From contig JAQWEN010000001.1 of assembly GCA_028704885.1 (NCBI GenBank), forward strand, positions 175,172-220,678: a stretch of DNA of 45,507 nucleotides, read 5' to 3'. The notes below the pieces were generated by a model, which saw only the letters and a program-made list of their open reading frames with translations, was not told the origin of the DNA and searched no databases. Position numbers and translations under genes: made by a program. Origin of the DNA: Candidatus Shapirobacteria bacterium. Its GTDB lineage: Bacteria; Patescibacteriota; Microgenomatia; UBA12405. Below, one piece after another: positions 18,437-26,878 of this stretch (position 1 is the first letter of the stretch; every line of letters begins with the position of its first letter).

Positions 18437-18835
18437 TTATTTTAATTCAACTTGAGCACCAGCAGCTTCCAATTTTGTTTTAGCATCATTAGCAGCTTCT
18501 TTTTTCATGGTACCAAGATCAGCTGGACAGGCATCGACCATATCTTTAGCTTCTTTTAGACCAAGTTCTGGTTTGAATTCTCGGACAGCTTTGATGACGG
18601 CAATTTTATTGGCGCCAGCAGAGGTGATAATGACATCAAATTCAGTCTTTTCTTCTACAGGAGCAGCGGCAGTGGCAGCAGCACCGGTAGCAGCTACAGG
18701 AGCAGCAGCGACGGCTTTGACATCAAATTTTTCTTCAAGAGCTTTAACTAATTCGGAAAGCTCGAGAACTGAGAGTTCGGCAACAGAATCGAGTAATTTT
18801 TCGATTTTGGCACTTACTTTTTTATCTTCTGACAT
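18437..18835 (-). CDS. rplL: 50S ribosomal protein L7/L12
   Basis: [57 protein letters not shown]. Confidence 0.98.
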   Translation of the reverse strand: MSEDKKVSAKIEKLLDSVAELSVLELSELVKALEEKFDVKAVAAAPVAATGAAATAAAPVEEKTEFDVIITSAGANKIAVIKAVREFKPELGLKEAKDMVDACPADLGTMKKEAANDAKTKLEAAGAQVELK

Positions 18836-18875
18836 AAGTTTTTTAATTTTTAATTAATAATTTAATAAATAATAT

Positions 18876-19388
18876 TTATTTTTGTTTTTCAGAAATGGCT
18901 TTGAGGGTTAAAACCAATTGAGTTTGGTTAAAACGAAGGGCATAAGCCAATCTTTGGAGGGGATTTTTAAGTCCACCGACAAATTGAGCAATAAGAGTGC
19001 TTTTGGAAGGTAGAGTCAAAAAGCTTTTTAATTCATCGAGAGATAAAAGTTTTTGATCAAAAATACCGTATTTGAAAGCGGTTTTTTCTTTAGCTTTGTT
19101 GACTTTATCAATTTCTTTTAGAGGAGCAACTTCATCTTCATTACAGTAGGTAACGGCGGTTGGTCCAGTCAAAACTTCAGGTAATTTGATACCTAATTTT
19201 TCTAAAGCTCGGGTTAAAAGAGAATTTTTAACAACTTCAATTGAACCGCCAGTATTTTTAATGTTGGCACGAAGGTCAGTAGTGTCAGCGGCGTTTAAAC
19301 CTTGATATTGAACTAAAGCGACGGACTTAGCGGCACTAATTTTTTTAGCAACGTCTTCAACTTGATTGATTTTGATTTGAGTAGTCAT
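18876..19388 (-). CDS. rplJ: 50S ribosomal protein L10
   Basis: YQGL, VVKNSLLTRAL, LTGPTA, LPSKSTLIAQ; directly upstream of rplL. Confidence 0.95.
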   Translation of the reverse strand: MTTQIKINQVEDVAKKISAAKSVALVQYQGLNAADTTDLRANIKNTGGSIEVVKNSLLTRALEKLGIKLPEVLTGPTAVTYCNEDEVAPLKEIDKVNKAKEKTAFKYGIFDQKLLSLDELKSFLTLPSKSTLIAQFVGGLKNPLQRLAYALRFNQTQLVLTLKAISEKQK

Positions 19389-19439
19389 AGTTTTTTAATA
19401 TTAATTGTTTTACTCCGATAAATCGGAGTTTGATAAATA

Positions 19440-19473
19440 GGCAAAATTTGGCCCTACGGTTCAAATTTAGACC
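19440..19473 (+). repeat. Bipartite 34-bp element, copy 1
   Basis: GGCAAAATTTG-gccctacgg-TTCAAATTTAGACC; both arms identical at 44775-44808. Confidence 0.75.
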
Positions 19474-19479
19474 TATTTA

Positions 19480-19577
19480 ACAAAAAAAAGGCCTCGTCGA
19501 AGCGAGGCGCAAATAAAACAAAGTGAATTGTTTTGCCTCGGCGGGATTTATTTTTTATACCTGCTGTCTTCGGTTGA
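19480..19577 (-). promoter_or_regulatory. Ribosomal protein L10 leader with attenuator hairpin
   Basis: CCGAAGACAGCAGG...CCCGCCGAGG signature upstream of rplJ, then GCCTCG-CTTCGA-CGAGGC plus a T run; promoter TTTACA-17 bp-TATAAT at 19613-19585. Confidence 0.85.
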
Positions 19578-19689
19578 TGGGGGAATTATAAAGGATAAAT
19601 AGAAAAATGTAAATGCAGAGAATGAAAATGGCCTAAGGTTTATTGTTGTTGGTTCTTTACAAAAACAAAGCATTTTGTCAAAAATAGGC

Positions 19690-19714
19690 TAAAAGTCAAG
19701 ATTGTAGGATAGAA
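19690..19714 (-). repeat. 25-bp direct repeat, left of cassette D
   Basis: Minus strand TTCTATCCTACAATCTTGACTTTTA; 24/25 identical to 20359-20383. Confidence 0.85.
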
Positions 19715-19715
19715 A

Positions 19716-19754
19716 AACCCCGGGATTTATGCGTTTAAGGCGCAACCCGGGGTT
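19716..19754 (-). terminator. Two-tier terminator of cassette D
   Basis: AACCCCGGG/CCCGGGGTT outer and TGCG/CGCA inner stems, then TTTC. Confidence 0.75.
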
Positions 19755-19776
19755 GAGAAATGGAAAGGAGACTAGG

Positions 19777-20199
19777 CTAGACATTGAAAACAAAGCAGAC
19801 ATTTGCAGAAGGATAATTTGTTTTGAAGTTATTGTCCCTTTCTCCGTCAAAGAAGAAAATTTTACTACCTTTTTTGACGAATATTTTTGATTTGTCTGCT
19901 TTTTCGAGTTTAAAATCACCGTTGATTTTGAAGGTAGACTCTTTGTTTATGGTTAAAACTAATCTGCCACAATTGTCGGTGTTGATTATCGTACCATTGA
20001 TAATGGTTAATCCATTAACAAGTTCCGTGGTCACTGTGCCTTTGGTGATTTTGATCTCTCCTTTAACGATGTTTCCGTAAAAATCAGAGGGGAGAAGATA
20101 CCAATTGTCGTCGACTTTTTTAATGTCTATTTCAATTGTAGTTCTACCGATGGTTTTCTCATCATTTTCGTTTTTGACCAAAGCTTTGAATTGCAACAT
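19777..20199 (-). CDS. Orphan hypothetical protein (cassette D), beta-rich
   Basis: 140-aa ORF with SD AGAAAGGAG and its own promoter and terminator. Confidence 0.7.
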   Translation of the reverse strand: MLQFKALVKNENDEKTIGRTTIEIDIKKVDDNWYLLPSDFYGNIVKGEIKITKGTVTTELVNGLTIINGTIINTDNCGRLVLTINKESTFKINGDFKLEKADKSKIFVKKGSKIFFFDGERDNNFKTNYPSANVCFVFNV

Positions 20200-20339
20200 G
20201 TTTGTTGCTCCTTTCTATTTTAAGCCTTTTTGGCTTGGTTCACCATGTTTCTAAAAATACCTATACCTATCCACCGAGCATTAACTCATCTCCTTTCTTT
20301 TTTTTAAAGTACATTTTGCTTTGCGATTAAAGCAGGGGA

Positions 20340-20383
20340 ATTATAACATTATAGGGTATAAAAGTCAAGATTATAGGATAGAA
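20340..20383 (-). promoter_or_regulatory. Sigma70 promoter of cassette D with two boxes; contains the right 25-bp repeat
   Basis: TTGACT(20368-20363)-17 bp-TATAAT(20345-20340); TATCCTATA at 20372-20380 and TACCCTATA at 20350-20358. Confidence 0.85.
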
Positions 20384-20404
20384 CTTAGGAAGTTTTTGAC
20401 AAGA

Positions 20405-20453
20405 AAAACCCCGAAATGACTTTATAGATTACACTATAAGCGTTCGGGGTTTT
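20405..20453 (-). terminator. Two-tier terminator of cassette E/F
   Basis: AAAACCCCGAA/TTCGGGGTTTT outer and TTATAG/CTATAA inner stems. Confidence 0.8.
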
Positions 20454-20458
20454 GATCG

Positions 20459-20716
20459 TTATTCGCAATACATTTCTTCTTGAATGAAAATTTTTTGGAT
20501 GTCAGACATACTTATTTCGGTAGAATTATCATCCAAAAGATGAAAGCCATTAAGTTTTTTTATTTTGGGGAGATCCTTGATACGAACGGAAACATCGTAA
20601 TGGCTATTAGCGTATTCAATATATCTGAAACCAAGAGAATTGAGGATTTCCTTAGTTTCTGCGGCGACCAACGTCCTTAAATCGTCATCCATAAGCTGAA
20701 TTTGAATTTTTTTCAT
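20459..20716 (-). CDS. Orphan hypothetical protein (cassette E/F, gene 2)
   Basis: 85-aa ORF with SD AAAGGAGG, 19 bp after the previous stop. Confidence 0.65.
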   Translation of the reverse strand: MKKIQIQLMDDDLRTLVAAETKEILNSLGFRYIEYANSHYDVSVRIKDLPKIKKLNGFHLLDDNSTEISMSDIQKIFIQEEMYCE

Positions 20717-20735
20717 TTTTTAACAGCCTCCTTTA

Positions 20736-21389
20736 TTAGACGAGGTGTTTGAAGGGATGTTCGAAAAAAAGAACTAATTCAGGATGTCGATGTTTGACAT
20801 TTTTAGCAATAGATTCAATGGAATGTTTACTGGAGATTAGATTATTTCCTTGACCGATAAAAATTCGAGAATAAAACTCACTGGTAATGTCGGCGGCAAT
20901 ATATTTATTCAAAATAATTTTGTCCTTTAAATGAAGCAGATAAAAATTAGCTGGTACAGTAGTAACTTCAGAAATATCTTTAAGTGATGGATAATTTTTT
21001 GGATTAGTATGTTGATTAAGATCAAGACAGGTTTTAATATATTCAAAGTCAGATTGATGAAGATAAACTTTTCCAGGAAGGGTATTGTCAATAAAGTGAT
21101 TAATTTGGTTTTTGGAAATAACAGTTTTCATAGCTTGGTTATTTTCGTATAAGCGAATGTTTCTCTTTAAAAAAGGTTTTTCCTGTTCAATCTGATATAC
21201 TAATGTTCGGACAAGTTTTTCGTTTTTGGGATCGTATAAAAGAAAGAGATTGCCATTTTCCCTTTCAAAGGAAAGATAAAAACGCTGTTTTTCTTGATTA
21301 AGAAGATTGATCAAATCAGGTATCAAAATTTGATTGGTATACCTAACGAAAGTATTGATTGTTCCCTGACTGCTAATTGCATAAACCAT
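20736..21389 (-). CDS. Orphan hypothetical protein (cassette E/F, gene 1)
   Basis: 217-aa ORF with SD AAAGGAGG. Confidence 0.72.
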   Translation of the reverse strand: MVYAISSQGTINTFVRYTNQILIPDLINLLNQEKQRFYLSFERENGNLFLLYDPKNEKLVRTLVYQIEQEKPFLKRNIRLYENNQAMKTVISKNQINHFIDNTLPGKVYLHQSDFEYIKTCLDLNQHTNPKNYPSLKDISEVTTVPANFYLLHLKDKIILNKYIAADITSEFYSRIFIGQGNNLISSKHSIESIAKNVKHRHPELVLFFEHPFKHLV

Positions 21390-21493
21390 TTTTTTAAACT
21401 GCCTCCTTTTAAATGTGCGAATAGATTGTCAAAGGCCAGAAAAGAAAAATGAAACGCAGTTTTGTTTCTACTCCTTTCTTAATTACTGTCGGA

Positions 21494-21522
21494 ATTCTAT
21501 GGCAAAGATGGTAAAAAGTCAA
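21494..21522 (-). promoter_or_regulatory. Sigma70 promoter of cassette E/F
   Basis: TTGACT-17 bp-TAGAAT; no TATCCTATA box seen here. Confidence 0.7.
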
Positions 21523-21542
21523 TTTTTGGGTAAAATAAAGAA

Positions 21543-22589
21543 ATGAGAAAATTTTGGTGGCTAATATTAATTTTAATAGTAATCGGAATTAGTTATTGGT
21601 TTTTAAACAATAGAGAAATAGAGATAATTAATCCGTTAGTTAAAACTGAAAAAATAGAAAAAAATACTGGCTGGTTGGCTAAATATAATTTTGAAAACTT
21701 AAGAAAAAGAGAAAATAAAGCGTCGGAAATTAAAACAGTTGGTAAAGTATTGGTAGTAGAAGAGGCTAGAAAAGAATTAATTAAGAGAGGGGACTTGGAA
21801 GGAAAGAAATTTAATTTTGAAAGTAAAGCAATTAGTTTTGAATCGAACGGTAAAAAAATAAGTGGGATGATGAATATACCAATGACACCAATGAGTAATA
21901 AATTACCAACAATTATTATGATTAGAGGATTTGCCGAATCGGAAGGATATTTTATTGGATCTGGTAGTTGGAAAGCGGCCGATGAATTGGCGCGAAATGG
22001 ATTTATAACCATAAGTTTGGATTTTTTGGGATTTGGATTGTCTGACAGTGAATCGACTGATATTTTGGAGGCGAGATTTGAAAAACCAATGTCAGTTCTG
22101 GACTTAATTGAGTCAGTTAAAAGTTTAGATATAGTTGATAGTGAAAAAATTGGAATATGGGCACATAGTAATGGTGGTCAAATTGCGATTTCAGTTTTAG
22201 AAATTACCGGGCAAAGTTATCCGACGGTGTTGTGGGCACCAATGACCAATCCTTTTCCTAAAAGTGTTTTGGAAATGGTTGATGATCAAAGTGAAGGAAG
22301 TTTGAAGGTAAAACAAAGGATAGAAGAATTTGAAAAAGAATATGACAGTAAACTTTATTCGATTGATAATTTTTATGATTGGATAGAAGTACCAATATTA
22401 ATTCATCAAGGAACGGCTGATGTATGGTGTAAAGTTGAGTGGCAACAAGATTTACAGAAAAAGTTAAAAAAATTAGGAAAGGAGGTGATCTTGGATATTA
22501 AAGAAGGAAGTGACCATAATTTAAAACAGAGTTGGCAGGAAGTAATGGATGAAGATATCAAATTTTTTAAAGAAAAATTTGGAATTTAA
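21543..22589 (+). CDS. Membrane-anchored alpha/beta hydrolase (S9 peptidase/esterase-like)
   Basis: N-terminal anchor; nucleophile elbow WAHSNGG, IHQGTAD, SDHNL give a Ser-Asp-His triad. Confidence 0.85.
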   Translation: MRKFWWLILILIVIGISYWFLNNREIEIINPLVKTEKIEKNTGWLAKYNFENLRKRENKASEIKTVGKVLVVEEARKELIKRGDLEGKKFNFESKAISFESNGKKISGMMNIPMTPMSNKLPTIIMIRGFAESEGYFIGSGSWKAADELARNGFITISLDFLGFGLSDSESTDILEARFEKPMSVLDLIESVKSLDIVDSEKIGIWAHSNGGQIAISVLEITGQSYPTVLWAPMTNPFPKSVLEMVDDQSEGSLKVKQRIEEFEKEYDSKLYSIDNFYDWIEVPILIHQGTADVWCKVEWQQDLQKKLKKLGKEVILDIKEGSDHNLKQSWQEVMDEDIKFFKEKFGI

Positions 22590-22614
22590 AATAGGGTTTA
22601 TCAAAGGTTAAATT

Positions 22615-22633
22615 TAGGTTATAATAACCTATA
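22615..22633. promoter_or_regulatory. Palindromic operator candidate overlapping the -10 box
   Basis: TAGGTTA-TAA-TAACCTA perfect inverted repeat over TATAAT (22620-22625); right half reads TAACCTATA. Confidence 0.6.
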
Positions 22634-22659
22634 GATAATAATTATAATTTTTCTGTTTT

Positions 22660-23235
22660 ATGAAAATATATTTTATAGCATCTTCTCGATTAGTTGGAGC
22701 TAGTCCAAAACTTTATTCAAAAATGTATGCCTATTTGTCAACTCAAGGCAAAATGGTAAGTGATAAAGTGATGAAGTGGATAAAAACGGGAATTAAAGAT
22801 ATAAGTGGAGCACCGCTTAAATTTACAAAAGAAAATTATATTCAATCGTTAGATGCCGTTAAAAAAGCTGATATTGTGGTAATGGAAACTTCTGGTCATA
22901 GTATGTCGATGGGATATTTAATTGGTAAAGCCTTAGAAATGAATAAGCCAGTGATTGCTTTGCATGATATAGAACATATTCCAGCCTTTATTCAGGGTAT
23001 TAATGATCCAAAATTGATAATTTCAGAATATAAGGAAGGGGATGTGGAAGAAATTATGGAAAAAGCTTTAAAAAAGGCAAATAGTTTAATTGATGTTAGA
23101 TTTAATTTCTTTGTAAGTTCGAAAATATTAAATTATTTAGACTGGGTGTCACAGAAAAAAATGTTGCCAAGATCAGTATTTTTAAGAGACTTGATTGAAA
23201 AAGAGATAAAAAAGGATAAAGAATTTAAAATGTAA
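22660..23235 (+). CDS. Nucleoside 2-deoxyribosyltransferase-like domain fused to a C-terminal ribbon-helix-helix domain
   Basis: KIYFIAS...ADIVVMETSGHSMSMGYLIGKALEMNKPVIAL resembles the NDT fold; RFNFFVSSKILNYLDWVSQKKMLPRSVFLRDLIEKEI fits RHH/CopG. Confidence 0.7.
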   Translation: MKIYFIASSRLVGASPKLYSKMYAYLSTQGKMVSDKVMKWIKTGIKDISGAPLKFTKENYIQSLDAVKKADIVVMETSGHSMSMGYLIGKALEMNKPVIALHDIEHIPAFIQGINDPKLIISEYKEGDVEEIMEKALKKANSLIDVRFNFFVSSKILNYLDWVSQKKMLPRSVFLRDLIEKEIKKDKEFKM

Positions 23236-23237
23236 GA

Positions 23238-24314
23238 ATGAACATTTTTGATAGATGGAAAAAAGTTTACGAGTCGTTGAATTTGATCGAAATTAATGAA
23301 AGAAATTTGTTGAATAATTATGATTTTTTTGATAATTTGGGAAAAGAGCAAATATGGCCAGTGTTGAAATCAAATGCTTATGGACATGGAATTAGACAAA
23401 TTGCAGAAATTTTATTAAAAAGAGATTTTGAATATTTTGTGGTGGATGGTTATCAAGAGGTTTTGGAAATTAGAAAAATAACAAAAAGACCAGTTTTAAT
23501 GATTGGAACTATTTTGCCATCTAATTTTTCGAAAATAAAATGGAAAAATTTGGCAATAATGATTCAAGATAAAAGAACATTAATAGCTTTGGGAAAATTA
23601 AATAAACATATCAAAGTGCATCTAAAAGTGAATACGGGAATGAATAGACAGGGGATTGAGATCGTAGATCTTAGATCGTTGATTGGGGAAATAAAAAAAT
23701 ATCCAAAACTAGAACTAGAAGGAGTTTTTTCGCATTTGGCGGGAGTGAATGATAGTGAGCAAATAAAAAGATTTGAAGAAGTAATCAAAATAGTCGAAAA
23801 TAATGGAATAGAAATAAAATTTTTTCATTTGGCGGCGACGTCGGGGGTAGGAAAAATAAAAAATAAAAAAATTAATGCAGTAAGATTGGGAATTGGATTA
23901 TATGGAATAGGAAAAGGATTAAAACCGGTATTAAAACTAAAAAGTAAAATAACTAAAGTGAGGGAAATTGAAAAAGGGAAAAAGGTTAGTTATGGAGGGA
24001 CTTTTGTAGCGACAAAAAAGACAGTTGTTGGAGTGATTCCAGTGGGTTATTTTGAAGGACTAGATCGAAGATTGAGTAATAAAGGATTTGTTAAATACAA
24101 AAATAAATTTTATCCAATAGTTGGCCGGGTTTGTATGAATATGGCAATAGTTAATTTTGGGAAAGTTAGACCAAAATTATACGATGAAGTGGAGGTAATC
24201 AGTAATAATTCAAAAGACAAAAATTCAATTGAAAAAATGGCAGAAATTTGCGAAACGATACCTTATGATCTATTGGTGGAAATTAATTCATCGATTAGAA
24301 GAACGATAGTTTGA
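23238..24314 (+). CDS. alr: Alanine racemase
   Basis: VLKSNAYGHG (PLP lysine), HLKVNTGMNRQG, FSHLA, VRLGIGLYG, VSYGGTF, GRVCMN, TIPYDLL. Confidence 0.95.
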   Translation: MNIFDRWKKVYESLNLIEINERNLLNNYDFFDNLGKEQIWPVLKSNAYGHGIRQIAEILLKRDFEYFVVDGYQEVLEIRKITKRPVLMIGTILPSNFSKIKWKNLAIMIQDKRTLIALGKLNKHIKVHLKVNTGMNRQGIEIVDLRSLIGEIKKYPKLELEGVFSHLAGVNDSEQIKRFEEVIKIVENNGIEIKFFHLAATSGVGKIKNKKINAVRLGIGLYGIGKGLKPVLKLKSKITKVREIEKGKKVSYGGTFVATKKTVVGVIPVGYFEGLDRRLSNKGFVKYKNKFYPIVGRVCMNMAIVNFGKVRPKLYDEVEVISNNSKDKNSIEKMAEICETIPYDLLVEINSSIRRTIV

Positions 24315-24325
24315 TTTGGTTTTCA
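24301..24325 (+). repeat. Perfect 25-bp direct repeat, left copy (alr 3' end)
   Basis: GAACGATAGTTTGATTTGGTTTTCA, identical to 26894-26918. Confidence 0.95.
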
Positions 24326-24346
24326 TTTTTACTGTTATACTTTTTT

Positions 24347-26878
24347 ATGCCAGAGAAAAGTGGTGGAGAATTTTTAAATATCAAATATCCTGATTTACAA
24401 AAATCAGAACAAGTTCAAAAATCAGTTGAACAAAAGAAAATAAAAGAAGGAGTTAAAACACCTAATAACCCAAAAGATAGAAATGAAGTCTTATTGGAAA
24501 GATTTGAAAGAATCTTTGAAAATCCAGATGAAGAAACTAGAAAAAGAAATATCAATTTATTTACCGAAAAATTTTTGTATCCGGAAGTATTAATTGATAC
24601 AAATAATGTCCCTGAAAACTACTTTGAGTTACAAAAGAAGATTGCCAGAGAAAGAGGTCATGGAGATGTTGAATTTGATGATCGAACAAAAAAAGAAACA
24701 GGAAAAACTCTTTATGATGATCAGAAAAAATCGCTTGATGTTTGGATAAATTATTTAAGTGACAAAAATACTGATTATCCAACTTGGTTTAAATATTACA
24801 CTCTAAGAAGTGTCCTTAAAATGGGTAATTATGATAAAGAAAAACATGAGTTTGGAAAAAGAACTAAAAATACTACCAATATTTTCCCAGATCTAAACAG
24901 AGAAGCATTGTCTTATTCTTACGACACTTTATCTAAACATTATCTTAAAGGTGAAAAACACGATAATGATGAATTAAATAGAATTTTAGAATCAGCTAGA
25001 TTTGATAAGATTTACGCTTTTGCAATTGATAAGGCCACTCCAGTTTCTAAGGAAAACAAAGAAAAAACAGAAGGAGAATGGACTAAATACAATCAAGGTG
25101 ATGATGCCACTCCACTTTACGAATCACTTCAGGGTCATGGAACTAATTGGTGTACAGCAGGAGAGGAAACTGCCAGAAGACAACTTAAAGATGGTGATTT
25201 TTATGTTTATTACACTAAAGATGAAAACAATAGAAATACTATCCCAAGAATTGCCATTAGAATGGAAAATGGCCAAGTAGCTGAAGTTAGAGGTGTGGCT
25301 GATAAACATCAAAACCTAGAAGGTAGGATGACTGAGATTGCCAGAGAGAAGTATTCACAACTACCAGGTGGAGAAAAGTTTGATAAAAAAGATCAGGATA
25401 TGAAATTATTAACTTTGATTGATAAAAAAACTAAAGATAATCAGGATTTAACTAAAGAAGAACTTAAATTTCTCTATGAAATAGACAATAAAATTGAAGG
25501 GTTTGGATATCAAAAAGATCCAAGAATTGAAGAAATTAAAAATCAAAGAAATACAATATTAGATCTAAATTTTATTTTTGAAGGAGTAGAAGAATATTCT
25601 GGCAATCTTGATTTAAGGAATCTTCAATCAGCTGAAGGATTAGTCTTACCGGAAGAGGTTGGCGGTGATCTTCGTCTAGATCATCTTAAATCAGCCGAAG
25701 GGTTAGTTTTACCTAAAAAAATCGGAATATCTTTATTTTTATTAGAATTGAGTTCTAATGAAGGATTGGTTTTACCGAAAGAGATTAAAGGCAATCTTTT
25801 TTTAAACAATCTTATTTCAACTGAAGGATTGGCTCTACCGGAAGAAATTGGATGTGATTTTATATTAGGTAATCTTCAGTCAGCCGAAGGGTTAGTGTTC
25901 CCTAGAGAAATTGGAGGTAGTATTGATTTATCTAGTCTTAAATCAGCTGAGGGGTTAGTTTTACCAGAAAAAATTGGTGGTGATCTTCAATTACGCCGTC
26001 TTCAATCAGCCGAAGGATTGGTTTTACCTAAAGAAATTGGTGGTGATCTTCAATTAGGTAGTCTCCGTTCAGCCGAAGGGTTAGTGTTACCTAAAGAAGT
26101 TGGAGGTAGTCTTGATTTACATGGTCTTCAATCAGCCGAAGGGTTAGTTTTACCAGAAAAAATTAATGGTAATTTTTATCTACACGATCTCGAATCAGCT
26201 GAAGGATTAGTTTTACCTAAAGAAATTGGTGGTGATTTTTATTTAGGTAATCTTCGTTCAGCTGAAGGATTAGTGTTTCCTAAAGAAGTTGGAGGTAGTC
26301 TTGATTTAAATGGTCTTAAATCAGCTGAAGGATTAGTTTTACCAGAAAAAATTAATGGTAATTTTTATCTACACAATCTCGAATCAGCCGAAGGATTGGT
26401 TTTACCTAAAGAAATTGGTGGTGATCTTCAATTAGCTCGCCTTAAATCAGTAGAGGGACTGATGTTATCTGGTAAGATTGGAAATAATCTTCACTTAAAT
26501 AGTCTTCAATCAGCCGAAGGATTAGTTTTACCAGAAGAGATTAAAGGTAATCTTAATTTAGATAGTTTAGAATTAGCCGAAGGGTTAGTGTTCCCTAAAG
26601 AAATTGGTGGTGATCTTCGCTTAAATAGTCTTCAATCAGCTGAGGGATTAGTTTTGTCTAAAGAGATTGGAAAAAGTCTTTACTTAAATGGTCTTAAATC
26701 AGCTGAAGGATTAGTTTTACCAGAAAAAATTGGAGATAGTCTCACTGTAAATAATCTTAAATCTTTTGAAGGAATTAAAATATCAAAGAAATCGGTTTAT
26801 TTTGTTTGGTCATCCAATTTAGATCAGACTGAAAAGAATTATTTGGAGAAAAAATATCCGAGATTAATCTTTAATTAA
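24347..26878 (+). CDS. Large protein: unknown N-terminal domain plus about 18-19 22-aa leucine-rich-like repeats
   Basis: Likely start MPEKSGG at 24347, just after TGTTATACT (extended -10); repeat consensus L(Q/K)SAEGLVLP(E/K)(E/K)IGGxLxLxx. Confidence 0.85.
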   Translation: MPEKSGGEFLNIKYPDLQKSEQVQKSVEQKKIKEGVKTPNNPKDRNEVLLERFERIFENPDEETRKRNINLFTEKFLYPEVLIDTNNVPENYFELQKKIARERGHGDVEFDDRTKKETGKTLYDDQKKSLDVWINYLSDKNTDYPTWFKYYTLRSVLKMGNYDKEKHEFGKRTKNTTNIFPDLNREALSYSYDTLSKHYLKGEKHDNDELNRILESARFDKIYAFAIDKATPVSKENKEKTEGEWTKYNQGDDATPLYESLQGHGTNWCTAGEETARRQLKDGDFYVYYTKDENNRNTIPRIAIRMENGQVAEVRGVADKHQNLEGRMTEIAREKYSQLPGGEKFDKKDQDMKLLTLIDKKTKDNQDLTKEELKFLYEIDNKIEGFGYQKDPRIEEIKNQRNTILDLNFIFEGVEEYSGNLDLRNLQSAEGLVLPEEVGGDLRLDHLKSAEGLVLPKKIGISLFLLELSSNEGLVLPKEIKGNLFLNNLISTEGLALPEEIGCDFILGNLQSAEGLVFPREIGGSIDLSSLKSAEGLVLPEKIGGDLQLRRLQSAEGLVLPKEIGGDLQLGSLRSAEGLVLPKEVGGSLDLHGLQSAEGLVLPEKINGNFYLHDLESAEGLVLPKEIGGDFYLGNLRSAEGLVFPKEVGGSLDLNGLKSAEGLVLPEKINGNFYLHNLESAEGLVLPKEIGGDLQLARLKSVEGLMLSGKIGNNLHLNSLQSAEGLVLPEEIKGNLNLDSLELAEGLVFPKEIGGDLRLNSLQSAEGLVLSKEIGKSLYLNGLKSAEGLVLPEKIGDSLTVNNLKSFEGIKISKKSVYFVWSSNLDQTEKNYLEKKYPRLIFN
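25601..26790 (+). repeat. 66-bp coding tandem repeat array
   Basis: Recurrent TCAGC(T/C)GAAGG(A/G)TT(A/G)GTTTTACC at 66-bp period, with a near-identical three-unit duplication. Confidence 0.92.

Noticed and set aside
18507-18857. 116-aa + strand ORF and the other short ORFs lying inside core genes
   Set aside because: Shadow ORFs opposite or overlapping well-supported genes (rplL, rplK, rplA, nusG, ruvA, nrdJ and others), with no motifs or start signals.
24311-24346. ORF-track starts at 24311 (and similarly 31172, 10691, 5151, 15716)
   Set aside because: These extensions overlap upstream stops, promoters or operators; downstream starts fit family N-termini or local -10/SD signals better.
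25601-26790. Diversity-generating retroelement target
   Set aside because: No reverse transcriptase or template repeat in the window, and variation between units is not confined to adenines.
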